Source: Verrucomicrobiota bacterium
Lineage (GTDB): Bacteria > Verrucomicrobiota > Kiritimatiellia > CAIVKH01
Reading direction: 5' to 3'
NCBI GenBank assembly: GCA_024233345.1
Contig: JACKPT010000011.1
Coordinates: 71,516-135,515 of the forward strand
Length of the DNA: 64,000 bases
Position numbers and translations under genes: made by a program. Of the stretch, positions 18,557-26,774 are shown in pieces (position 1 is the stretch's first letter; each line of letters begins with the position of its first letter). The notes beneath the pieces were generated by a model. That model worked only from the letters and a program-made list of their open reading frames with translations, was not told the origin of the DNA and made no database searches.

Positions 18557-19468
18557 CTACCGGATCAGATAGATCAACTTCTGCTCTTCACCCTCCCGCA
18601 CCACATCCAGGACAACAGCTCCCAGACGATCCTTCATAAATTCACTGAGGAAGTACTCCGCCCGGGGTTGACTGGTCATATTCATGGAGTTGACCTTGCG
18701 AATTTCGTCGCCCTCCCTCAGCCCGACTGCGGTGAAGAAGGCCTGCTCTCCGACCGGTTCCAACCGGAACCCCAGAACCTCATTTTCCTCCCCACCCCGC
18801 ACGGCGGTCATGGATTGATAGACCTGGACGATCCGCTCCGGGTCATCGAGCAGTTCCCGGTAGTAGGCCTCGAGCGCTGAGCGCTGCATGACCCAACGGT
18901 TCTCCCCGATACGCTTTCCGAACCGGGTGGTTTCCAAGGGTGCTGGCTCTTCCTCCCCGCTCGCGACCGGCGTGGTGGATTCAGCATCCATGGTATCGGA
19001 ATAGCTCAATCGGATTTCCAATTCATTGCCGCGGTCGCGCACAATGACCCGGTCCCGGTAGATGCGCAGCACCTCCATCTCATCCAGGGTGTCCCCCTCC
19101 TTGACCCAATGCTGGGTGGTGGTTTGCAGGTCATCCAGAATCGCGCTGCGAGCGGTGGGGGCCTGATCGCTTTCCTGATAGAAGAAAGTCCCGGCCAGCC
19201 GGAAGCGTATGGAACGGTCCTGCAGATCCAAGGCCCCGGCTGTCTCGGTAAACTGGAATCGTTCCGACCAGTCGGCCTTGTCGGGAGAGGGGCCGGTTTC
19301 CGGCTCGGTTGGTCTTGGGGCATCCGGTTCGGATTCCGCCGTCGGAGTCGCGGTTTGGGCGTTCAGTCCGATGGCCTTGACCAGGAGGATCGCCCCCGCG
19401 CCGACCACCGCGCTCCACAAAACGAGGGCGGTGACGCGTCCAAAACGTTGGATGGCAAGATCCTTCAT
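18557..19468 (-). CDS. GspC-like protein (TM + HR-type domain + PDZ-like C-terminus)
   Basis: The track ORF (to 19609) runs into the RNase P RNA. I start at ATG 19468 (MKDLAIQRFGRVTALVLWSAVVGAGAILLV). The central segment FRLAGTFFYQ...HWVKEGDTLDEMEVLRIYRDRVIVRDRGNELEIRL and the C-terminal GLREGDEIRKVNSMNM resemble T2SS GspC. No other gsp genes are nearby. Confidence 0.55.
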   Translation of the reverse strand: MKDLAIQRFGRVTALVLWSAVVGAGAILLVKAIGLNAQTATPTAESEPDAPRPTEPETGPSPDKADWSERFQFTETAGALDLQDRSIRFRLAGTFFYQESDQAPTARSAILDDLQTTTQHWVKEGDTLDEMEVLRIYRDRVIVRDRGNELEIRLSYSDTMDAESTTPVASGEEEPAPLETTRFGKRIGENRWVMQRSALEAYYRELLDDPERIVQVYQSMTAVRGGEENEVLGFRLEPVGEQAFFTAVGLREGDEIRKVNSMNMTSQPRAEYFLSEFMKDRLGAVVLDVVREGEEQKLIYLIR

Positions 19469-19519
19469 GGTCTCGCAGGGTAGCGAACCCCTGCTCGCTT
19501 GAAAAGCCCTGAGAAAAAA

Positions 19520-19912
19520 AGTGGCTCGGGAGGTTGTAAGCCGAATTCTGTTCCCCGCAACTGCGAGGCCATGATCATTTATCTCGCTGATGTCAGCATA
19601 TGCGATCAACCCGAAGCTTTCAGCCCGAAGGCAACGAGGCGGGCCGCCTCTCGCTTCCTATTTGATCTTGCTCCAGATAGGGTTTACCTGCGGCGACCCT
19701 TGCGGATCCACCCGGTGGTCTCTTACACCGCCGTTTCACCCTTACCCCGCAGATGCGAGGCGGTATTGTTTCTGTGGCACTAGCCATCAACAGGCTTTTC
19801 GCCTGCCGTTCCCCTCCCCGCTCAAAGGCGGCCCTGGGGATATCCTGCCCTGTGGAGTCCGGACTTTCCTCCCCGCGCGAACGCGAAGCGATCATGCCCC
19901 TCCCGAACCGCC
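19520..19912 (-). ncRNA. rnpB: RNase P RNA, bacterial type A
   Basis: The reverse complement contains GGGGAGGAAAGTCCGGACTCCAC (P4 strand), GGGTAAGGGTGAAACGGCGGTGTAAGAGACCACC and GAACAGAATTCGGCTTAC (second P4 strand). The 5' GGTTCGGGAGG pairs with the 3' CCTCCCGAGCC (P1). Ends are approximate to +/-5 nt. Confidence 0.88.
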
Positions 19913-19926
19913 GCCACTCTAGCGGA

Positions 19927-20631
19927 TCAATCCATCCAGTACAAGAGCCGTCCGCAGTAACTGCAGGAAACCATGGCGGTTGCCCGCTTCACATCCTGAA
20001 TACTCTGGGGGGGGAGCCGCATGTGACAACCGCCACAAGACGAGGCATTTTCAACCGGCACCAGGGCAAAATCACCTTTGTTACGGAAAATCCGGTCATA
20101 ACGGGAAAGCCATTCCTCATCGATATCCTTGGCCATTTCATCCCGCTCCGCCTGCAAGGCGCCGCGTTCGCTGCTGATCTGACTCAAGCGATCACCGAGG
20201 GCCTCCACGTCGGTGCCGACACCCTTTTCCTCCCGGCTCAGGGATTCTTTGAGCTCGTCCACCCGGGCTTTGAGGATTTCCCCCTCTTCCATCAACTTGA
20301 TTTCGCGTTCTTCGATTTCCCGAATCTGCTTGCGCAGGCTGCGAATTTCCTGATCCAGTGCGCGGTACTGATCGTTGTTCTTCACCTTGGTCTGCTCATC
20401 AAGGAACTTGCGAATCCGGGTCTGCCGCGCATCCACATCCAATTCCACCTGTTTGATGGCGGATAAGTTGTGGTTGAGCGCATCCTGCGCTTGCTTCACA
20501 GAGTCGCGATGCTGCTGCAGGCGGGTTTCAACCAGCTTTTGGCGGGCGGGGATATCTGTGAGTTCCTGAGAGAGTTGGCGGAGGCGGCGATCTCGTTCCT
20601 GTAAGTCTAAAATCTTCTCTATCGTCGTCAC
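19927..20631 (-). CDS. coiled-coil protein with C-terminal C4 zinc ribbon (COG1579/DUF164-like)
   Basis: 234 aa. Long heptad-like coiled coil, then CGGCHMRLPPQ...CSYCGRLLY. Confidence 0.8.
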   Translation of the reverse strand: MTTIEKILDLQERDRRLRQLSQELTDIPARQKLVETRLQQHRDSVKQAQDALNHNLSAIKQVELDVDARQTRIRKFLDEQTKVKNNDQYRALDQEIRSLRKQIREIEEREIKLMEEGEILKARVDELKESLSREEKGVGTDVEALGDRLSQISSERGALQAERDEMAKDIDEEWLSRYDRIFRNKGDFALVPVENASSCGGCHMRLPPQSIQDVKRATAMVSCSYCGRLLYWMD

Positions 20632-20724
20632 TCAGTTCTCCTGTCCATCTCCATGCGTCCGACATTCATACTCTCTTGGGGCGGCAGAAGTCAACCAGTC
20701 GAATATGGAAGATTCAAAAAGTCG

Positions 20725-20733
20725 TGGTATGAT
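20725..20733 (+). promoter_or_regulatory. possible extended -10 element (TGGTATGAT) upstream of the DUF1295 gene
   Basis: TGnTATGAT about 22 nt upstream of the ATG at 20756. The -35 region is weak. Similar to the element at 59572. Confidence 0.25.
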
Positions 20734-20755
20734 GAGGCATGAATTGGCTTAAACC

Positions 20756-21571
20756 ATGGAGTTGGAACCGGCTCTGCGGCCTTACCGGGGAGCTCCCATG
20801 ACCTGTTTTCTCCTCTGGGGACTGGTCGTTTGCTGCCTGGCCATGTCCCTTCTGTGGGTGGTTCAGTATCGGACCCTGAACGCCGGTTTGGTCGATGCAG
20901 GCTGGGCCTCGCTGATCGCCCTGCTGGCGATCAGTGCGGCAGTTTGGTTCGAGGGCGAGCCGGTGCGCAGGATCCTGCCTGCGACCATGGCAGCTCTCTG
21001 GGGAGGCCGACTGGCCTGGCTGGTGCACCAGCGGGGCCATGGCAAACCGGAGGAGGGACGCTACAAGGCCCTGAGGGACCATTGGGGCGCCCTCGCCCAG
21101 CCCAAGTTCTTTGCCTTCTTCCAAGTCCAGGCCCTCGCCGCCTTGCTGTTCAGTCTCCCCTTTGTCCTGACCATCCAGGCCGGAGATCAGCCGTTCGGGT
21201 ACCTTGAGTGGATCGCGATCGCCCTGTGGACCGGTGCATTTTTCGGTGAGGCCACCGCCGACCGCCAATTGTCCCGGTTCAAACAGAATCCAGACCACCG
21301 GGGCAAGGTTTGTGATCAGGGATTGTGGCGGTATTCCCGTCATCCCAATTACTTTTTTGAATGGCTTATCTGGGTCTCCGCCGCCTTGATGGCGTTCCCT
21401 GTCCCTTTGGGATGGGTGGCTATTGCCTGCCCTCTGGCCATCCTGTTTTTCCTGCTGCGTATCACCGGGATACCCGCCACCGAAGCGCAGGCACTGCGCA
21501 GCAAAGGCGAGGCTTACCGGCGATATCAGGAAACGACGAGTCGCTTCATTCCCTTACCCCCAAAATCATAA
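20756..21571 (+). CDS. DUF1295 / steroid-5-alpha-reductase-like membrane protein
   Basis: 271 aa, polytopic. The C-terminal motif GLWRYSRHPNYFFEWLIWVS is typical of the family that accompanies cfa-like genes. Confidence 0.8.
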   Translation: MELEPALRPYRGAPMTCFLLWGLVVCCLAMSLLWVVQYRTLNAGLVDAGWASLIALLAISAAVWFEGEPVRRILPATMAALWGGRLAWLVHQRGHGKPEEGRYKALRDHWGALAQPKFFAFFQVQALAALLFSLPFVLTIQAGDQPFGYLEWIAIALWTGAFFGEATADRQLSRFKQNPDHRGKVCDQGLWRYSRHPNYFFEWLIWVSAALMAFPVPLGWVAIACPLAILFFLLRITGIPATEAQALRSKGEAYRRYQETTSRFIPLPPKS

Positions 21572-21584
21572 AGGACCTCCTGCC

Positions 21585-22619
21585 ATGTGGTATCTACCTC
21601 TTTTGAAATCCGGTCTCCTCCCCGACGCCCTGGTGCGCCGTTGGATCCGGCGACTTCTCGCACAACGGCTCAAACATGAAGAACAGGCTTGCAGTGGAAG
21701 CCCCGCCCTGGCGGAGGAACGCTTGGTCAAGATTTTGTCGCAGGAACCGATTGCCGCCCTCCCGGAGAAAGCCAATGAACAGCATTATGAGGTACCCAGC
21801 GCATTCTACCGCGAAGTCCTTGGTCCTAATTTGAAATACAGTTCCTGTTATTGGCCGGATGGGGTCGAAGATATTGAGACTGCCGAGGAACAGATGCTGG
21901 TGATGACCTGCGAACGCGCCCAATTGCAGGATGGGATGGATATCCTCGAGCTGGGGTGCGGCTGGGGTTCGCTTACCCTGTTTATGGCCAGGATCTATCC
22001 CCAGGCCAGAATTGTCGCAGTGTCCAATTCTCACTCGCAGCGGGAGTGGATCGAGCAGGAAGCCCGCCGTCTCGGTCGGTCGAATATTACGGTGATCACC
22101 GCGGATATGAACGAATTCAACATCGGGCGGGTGTTCGACCGGGTGGTCTCGGTGGAAATGTTTGAGCACATGCGGAACTACCGGATACTGCTCAACCGGG
22201 TCGCCGGATGGCTTAAAGAGGACGGCAAGCTGTTTATCCATATTTTCTGCCATGCCAGGTATCCCTATCTGTTTGAAACCGGGGTCAAGGACGACTGGAT
22301 GGCCCGGTATTTCTTTTCCGGGGGGGTGATGCCTTCGGAAACCCTGCTGGACCGGTTCAATCAGGATCTGGTGGTGGAAAAGCGGTGGCAGGTCAATGGC
22401 CGGCACTATGAACGAACCCTCAATGATTGGCTCAAACGGATGGATGAGCGAAAAGACCGGGTGATGCCGATCCTGCGTGATACCTATGGAGCGGAGGCCG
22501 CCACCTGGTGGATCTATTGGCGGGTATTTTTCATGGCCAGTGCCGAGCTTTTCGGCTACCGCGATGGCCGGGAGTGGTTTGTCAGTCACGCCCGTTTCAC
22601 CAAAAGCCCACCGGCTTGA
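21585..22619 (+). CDS. cfa: cyclopropane-fatty-acyl-phospholipid synthase-family SAM methyltransferase
   Basis: Start moved to ATG 21585 (MWYLPLL..., AAGGA upstream), because the track start overlaps the previous gene. HYEVPSAFYREVLGPNLKYSSCYW and the SAM motif ILELGCGWGSL. Confidence 0.85.
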   Translation: MWYLPLLKSGLLPDALVRRWIRRLLAQRLKHEEQACSGSPALAEERLVKILSQEPIAALPEKANEQHYEVPSAFYREVLGPNLKYSSCYWPDGVEDIETAEEQMLVMTCERAQLQDGMDILELGCGWGSLTLFMARIYPQARIVAVSNSHSQREWIEQEARRLGRSNITVITADMNEFNIGRVFDRVVSVEMFEHMRNYRILLNRVAGWLKEDGKLFIHIFCHARYPYLFETGVKDDWMARYFFSGGVMPSETLLDRFNQDLVVEKRWQVNGRHYERTLNDWLKRMDERKDRVMPILRDTYGAEAATWWIYWRVFFMASAELFGYRDGREWFVSHARFTKSPPA

Positions 22620-22665
22620 GCGGGGCTCCGGCCTCCGAATTTTTTGAGGTGCCCTGTCTTTTCCG

Positions 22666-23445
22666 GTGGATTCCGGCAACGGACCTGATAGGGTTCAGGC
22701 AGTACGGCTTGCTGTACCAGACGTGAAAACCAAACTTAAGCTCGATATCCTGCCCCAACCTGATGACACGACCTGCGGCCCCACCTGCCTGCATGCGGTC
22801 TATGCTTATTACGGTGATCATATCCCCCTCCCCCGTGTGATCGCCGAGGTCACCACACTGGAAGCCGGGGGTACCCTCGGAGTCCTGCTCGCCAATCATG
22901 CCCTGCGGCGGGGATACCGCGCAACGATCTACACCTTCAATCTGCGCCTGTTCGATCCAACCTGGTTCCTTTCTTCCGACATCGATATCACCAGCAAATT
23001 GCAGGCCCAGGCCGCGTTGAAGAGCGATCCGAAACTTCAGTTGGCCTCGCATGCCTATATCGATTTTCTCGCCCTGGGGGGACGGCTGAAACTGGAAGAC
23101 CTGACGCCGGCCCTGTTGCGCGGCTACCTGAACCGTCAACGGCCCATCCTGACCGGACTCAGCTCCACCTATCTCTATCAAACCATGCGGGAATATGGCC
23201 GGGCCATGGTGGATGATGATCTCCGTGGCGATCCCGCAGGCCACTTTGTCATCCTGCGCGGATACGACAAGGACAAGCGCACCATCGATGTGTCCGATCC
23301 GCTTGAATCCAATCCTTATGCCGCCGATCAGCACTATGAGCTGCCGATCAATCGCGTGCTCTGTTCCATTTTACTCGGCATCGTGACCGACGACGCCAAC
23401 CTGTTGATCATCGAACCCCACCCCAAGACCAACCTCAACCGGTGA
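22666..23445 (+). CDS. papain-like (C39-like) cysteine peptidase, cytoplasmic
   Basis: 259 aa. LPQPDDTTCGPTCLHAVYAYYG (catalytic-Cys context) and AGHFVILRGYDKD (His context). No signal peptide. Exact start uncertain. Confidence 0.6.
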   Translation: MDSGNGPDRVQAVRLAVPDVKTKLKLDILPQPDDTTCGPTCLHAVYAYYGDHIPLPRVIAEVTTLEAGGTLGVLLANHALRRGYRATIYTFNLRLFDPTWFLSSDIDITSKLQAQAALKSDPKLQLASHAYIDFLALGGRLKLEDLTPALLRGYLNRQRPILTGLSSTYLYQTMREYGRAMVDDDLRGDPAGHFVILRGYDKDKRTIDVSDPLESNPYAADQHYELPINRVLCSILLGIVTDDANLLIIEPHPKTNLNR

Positions 23446-23452
23446 ATGCATC

Positions 23453-24916
23453 ATGATTCGTCTGATTGTCGTCGATAATCCCAAGAAATGGCCCCTGCAT
23501 ATTCCGGGCGCCGAAGTCGTCCAGGCCCGTAAATACATCACCGAGGATACCTTTACCCGGATGACCGACGTGCGGGTGTTTAATTTATGCCGGTCCTATC
23601 GCTATCAAAGCACCGGTTACTATGTCTCCCTGCTTGCCGCCGCCCGCGGCCACAAGCCGATCCCTGACGTGTCCACCATCCGTGATCTTCAAACCCCGAC
23701 CGTCATTCGCCTGGCCACAGAGGACCTGGACTCCCTGATCGAAAAGAGCCTCGATGATCACAAGGCCGATTCCTTCACCCTCAGTATTTATTTTGGTCAG
23801 AATCTTGCCAAACGGCACGAGCGGCTCAGCCTTCAACTCTTTAATCTATTCCGGGCCCCTCTGCTCCGCGCCGAGTTGCGCCGGGTCGATGAGCGCTGGC
23901 GGATCCAGAACATATCCCCGATCGCCATCAGTGATGTGCCCGAATCGCACCGGCCCTTCCTGGTCACTGCGGTCACCGAATATCTCGCCGGACGGCATGG
24001 GCGCGTGCGACCCCGCAAAAAGCTCACCTATGATCTGGCCATCCTGGCCAGCCCATCGGACGAAACCGCCCCCTCCAACCCCAAGGCACTGGAATGCTTC
24101 ATGGATGCCGCGGAAAAGATCGGGCTGGATGCCGAACTGATCGACCGGGACGATTACGCGCGCCTGCCCGAATATGATGCATTGTTTATTCGCGAGACCA
24201 CCTCGGTGACCAACCATACCTTCCGATTCGCCCGGCGGGCCGAGGCCGAGGGTCTGGCGGTGATGGACGACCCCCAGTCAATTCTCCGCTGTACCAACAA
24301 GGTCTATCTGGAGGAGTTGATGAAACGACACCGGATCCCGACCCCGAAAACCGTGATTGTCCACCGGGACAATCTGGAGCTGCTGCCATACCAGATCGGT
24401 TTCCCCCTGATCCTGAAACAGCCGGACTCTTCCTACTCCATTGGGGTGATTAAAATCGAGAACCGGGAGCAACTGGAAGTCGAGGGCAGACGAATGCTTT
24501 CCGATTCAGAGCTCCTGATTGCCCAGGAGTTTCTGCCCACCGAATATGACTGGCGCATCGGGATGCTCGATGGCAAGCCTCTCTATGCCTGCCGCTACTT
24601 TATGGCCAAGAAGCACTGGCAGATTGTGCAGCGCAAGGAATCTCGTGTGGAGGAGGGCCGGGTGGAGGCGGTGCCGGTCCTTCGGGTGCCCGAGCCTGTG
24701 GTCAAGATGGCGGTCAAGGCCTCGCGGTTGATCGGGACCGGTCTCTATGGGATTGACCTCAAGGAAACGGGCAAGCGGACGGTGGTCATTGAGATCAATG
24801 ACAACCCGAGCCTGGATGCGGGTTTCGAGGATCAGGTGTTGAAATCCCGGTTGTATGATCGAATTATGCGGAGCTTTTTGCGACGCATCCGGGAAAATAA
24901 AAGGTTTTCCTCATGA
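23453..24916 (+). CDS. RimK-type ATP-grasp ligase with N-terminal RLAN-like domain
   Basis: 487 aa. The C-terminal half has RimK-like ATP-grasp blocks (FPLILKQPDSSYSIGV, LIAQEFLPTEYDWRIGMLDG, GLYGIDLKETGKRTVVIEINDNPS). The N-terminal ~190 aa (VFNLCRSYRYQSTGYYVSLLAAARGH) resembles the RimK-like ATP-grasp N-terminal domain as I remember it. Confidence 0.85.
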   Translation: MIRLIVVDNPKKWPLHIPGAEVVQARKYITEDTFTRMTDVRVFNLCRSYRYQSTGYYVSLLAAARGHKPIPDVSTIRDLQTPTVIRLATEDLDSLIEKSLDDHKADSFTLSIYFGQNLAKRHERLSLQLFNLFRAPLLRAELRRVDERWRIQNISPIAISDVPESHRPFLVTAVTEYLAGRHGRVRPRKKLTYDLAILASPSDETAPSNPKALECFMDAAEKIGLDAELIDRDDYARLPEYDALFIRETTSVTNHTFRFARRAEAEGLAVMDDPQSILRCTNKVYLEELMKRHRIPTPKTVIVHRDNLELLPYQIGFPLILKQPDSSYSIGVIKIENREQLEVEGRRMLSDSELLIAQEFLPTEYDWRIGMLDGKPLYACRYFMAKKHWQIVQRKESRVEEGRVEAVPVLRVPEPVVKMAVKASRLIGTGLYGIDLKETGKRTVVIEINDNPSLDAGFEDQVLKSRLYDRIMRSFLRRIRENKRFSS

Positions 24917-26181
24917 CCTACGCGCTGTTCGAGTGTGTCGGTATCGAATTGGAATACATGGTGGTGGATCCCATCCACGGCGGGGTTCTGCCCATGGCTG
25001 ATGCGTTGCTACAGGCACTCGCACTACCGGACGGGGGCGATACAAACCCCTCCGATGTCACCCGCGGACAGGTAAGCTGGTCCAACGAGTTGGTGAATCA
25101 TGTCGTGGAGCTGAAGGTTACCGATCCGGTTCCCTCACTCAAGGGATGCGGCGACCTCTTTCACCAGGCGCTCCGGGAATGCCAACCGCAGCTGAATAGC
25201 CTGCCCGTGAAACTGATGCCCACGGCGATGCATCCATTGATGAATCCGGCGGTTGAAACCGTACTCTGGCCGCACGAGTACCGGGAGATTTATCAGACCT
25301 ATCACCGGATCTACGATTGCTATCGACACGGCTGGGCCAACGTCCAGTCGGTTCACATAAACCTGCCCTTTCGGGGGGACCGGGAATTCGCGGTCTTGCA
25401 TGCGGCGATCCGGGCCCTGCTCCCGCTGTTACCCGGTCTTGCTGCGGCCTCGCCAATTCAGGAGGGACGCCTCACCGGCATTCGGGACAACCGGCTGATT
25501 GCCTATGCCGGCAACTCCTTACGGATTCCCCAGGCTACCGGCCAGGTGATCCCCGAACCAATCACCTCCGAGGCCGAGTACGATGCAATCATCATGCAAC
25601 CGCTGTATCGCGCGGTTCTTCCCCATGATCCCGGGAAAGTCTTGCAGCATGAATTTCTCAATTCCCGCGGAGCGATCGCCCGGTTTGATCGCGGCGCCAT
25701 CGAAATCCGCCTGCTGGATGTGCAGGAATGCCCCTCGATGGACATCGCGATCGCCGAGGCGGTGATTCATGCCCTGCGTCAGTTGGTCAGCCTGCATTGG
25801 GCAAGCCGCGGAGCCGCATTGAATGCCATTCCCACGGACCTTCTTCGCCTCCACCTGGACCGGGCGATCATCGATGCAGAAGAAACCCGAATTGACGACG
25901 CGGACTACCTGCGACTGCTCGGGCTGCCCGGTTTGCATTGCCCTACCCTGAGTGATGTTTGGAAATGTTTCACCGAAAAGCTCTCGCCCGAGGACCGTGC
26001 CACCAGTGCCGGTCTTGACCTCCTCAGCCGGGAAGGCACGCTCGCCACCAGAATCGCCAGGACCCTGCCGCCATGCCCCGACGAAGACCAGATTCGCACC
26101 CGATATTCCGGTCTTTGCGAGCACTTGATGCGCAATCAACCTTTTTCAGGGCTGGGGACGGATGCCAGCGAAGCGATGTGA
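24913..26181 (+). CDS. GCS2/YbdK-like carboxylate-amine ligase
   Basis: 422 aa. The N-terminal GIELEYMVVD and overall pattern match the glutamate-cysteine-ligase family 2. ATGA overlap with the ATP-grasp gene. Confidence 0.7.
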   Translation: MTYALFECVGIELEYMVVDPIHGGVLPMADALLQALALPDGGDTNPSDVTRGQVSWSNELVNHVVELKVTDPVPSLKGCGDLFHQALRECQPQLNSLPVKLMPTAMHPLMNPAVETVLWPHEYREIYQTYHRIYDCYRHGWANVQSVHINLPFRGDREFAVLHAAIRALLPLLPGLAAASPIQEGRLTGIRDNRLIAYAGNSLRIPQATGQVIPEPITSEAEYDAIIMQPLYRAVLPHDPGKVLQHEFLNSRGAIARFDRGAIEIRLLDVQECPSMDIAIAEAVIHALRQLVSLHWASRGAALNAIPTDLLRLHLDRAIIDAEETRIDDADYLRLLGLPGLHCPTLSDVWKCFTEKLSPEDRATSAGLDLLSREGTLATRIARTLPPCPDEDQIRTRYSGLCEHLMRNQPFSGLGTDASEAM

Positions 26182-26774
26182 TGGTTGGTGGACTCCAGTT
26201 CAGACATCGTGCCGATCCAGCACCAACTCACACCGTCCGCAGTCGCTTGAAATAGCGCCTGGATATCCTGGTTCCCCAAGCGAATACATCCGTGGGAAGC
26301 GGGTGATCCCAACCGTGGCTCATGGTTGGTTCCATGCAGATAAATCATCCGGCACCACGTATCCACATTCCCGCCGAGATTCTTCCCCGGTTCCAGTCCC
26401 CGCAAACGCATGATCCGGGTAAGAATCTTATCGCCGTCGCCTGCTTCGGCTTGCCACGCGGATTTGGGAAGCACAACTCCGTTGAATTGGCGGGCGGTAA
26501 AGAGGGCTCCCAGCGGCAGGCCGTCCCCCACCCGCTCATCAACCCGGTGCCAACCCCGCGGGGTCTGCCAGGAGTTCACCACCTCACCCAATCCCCGCGC
26601 AGCCGTGGAGGTCGCATACCGCCCGACAATCCTGCCCCCAGAATAGTGAATGAGTTCCTGCCGGTCCGCCAGGACGATCAGAAAATGGTCGGTTCGGGCC
26701 GCCGCCGGCAAGCAGGATTCAGCAACGTTGGTGAGCCAGGTTTGTATGACATCGGTCCGCAACGGATCATACAT
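26136..26774 (-). CDS. YkuD-fold L,D-transpeptidase-family protein (no signal peptide seen)
   Basis: 212 aa. Active-site block IYLHGTNHEPRLGSPASHGCIRLGNQD. 8-nt overlap with pcnB. Confidence 0.8.
   Translation of the reverse strand: MYDPLRTDVIQTWLTNVAESCLPAAARTDHFLIVLADRQELIHYSGGRIVGRYATSTAARGLGEVVNSWQTPRGWHRVDERVGDGLPLGALFTARQFNGVVLPKSAWQAEAGDGDKILTRIMRLRGLEPGKNLGGNVDTWCRMIYLHGTNHEPRLGSPASHGCIRLGNQDIQALFQATADGVSWCWIGTMSELESTNHHIASLASVPSPEKG

Noticed and set aside
19499-19922. ORFs of 94 aa and 110 aa on the plus strand and 91 aa on the minus strand, plus the N-terminal 47 codons of the 350-aa ORF
   Set aside because: They cover the RNase P RNA gene, whose conserved P4, P1 and J-region sequences are all present. 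They are not protein-coding.
20714-21343. 209-aa minus-strand ORF
   Set aside because: It is antisense to the DUF1295 membrane-protein gene and has no membrane or enzymatic features.
21594-22679. 361-aa minus-strand ORF
   Set aside because: It is antisense to the cfa-family methyltransferase, has no recognisable motif, and has a Pro/Gly/His-rich composition.
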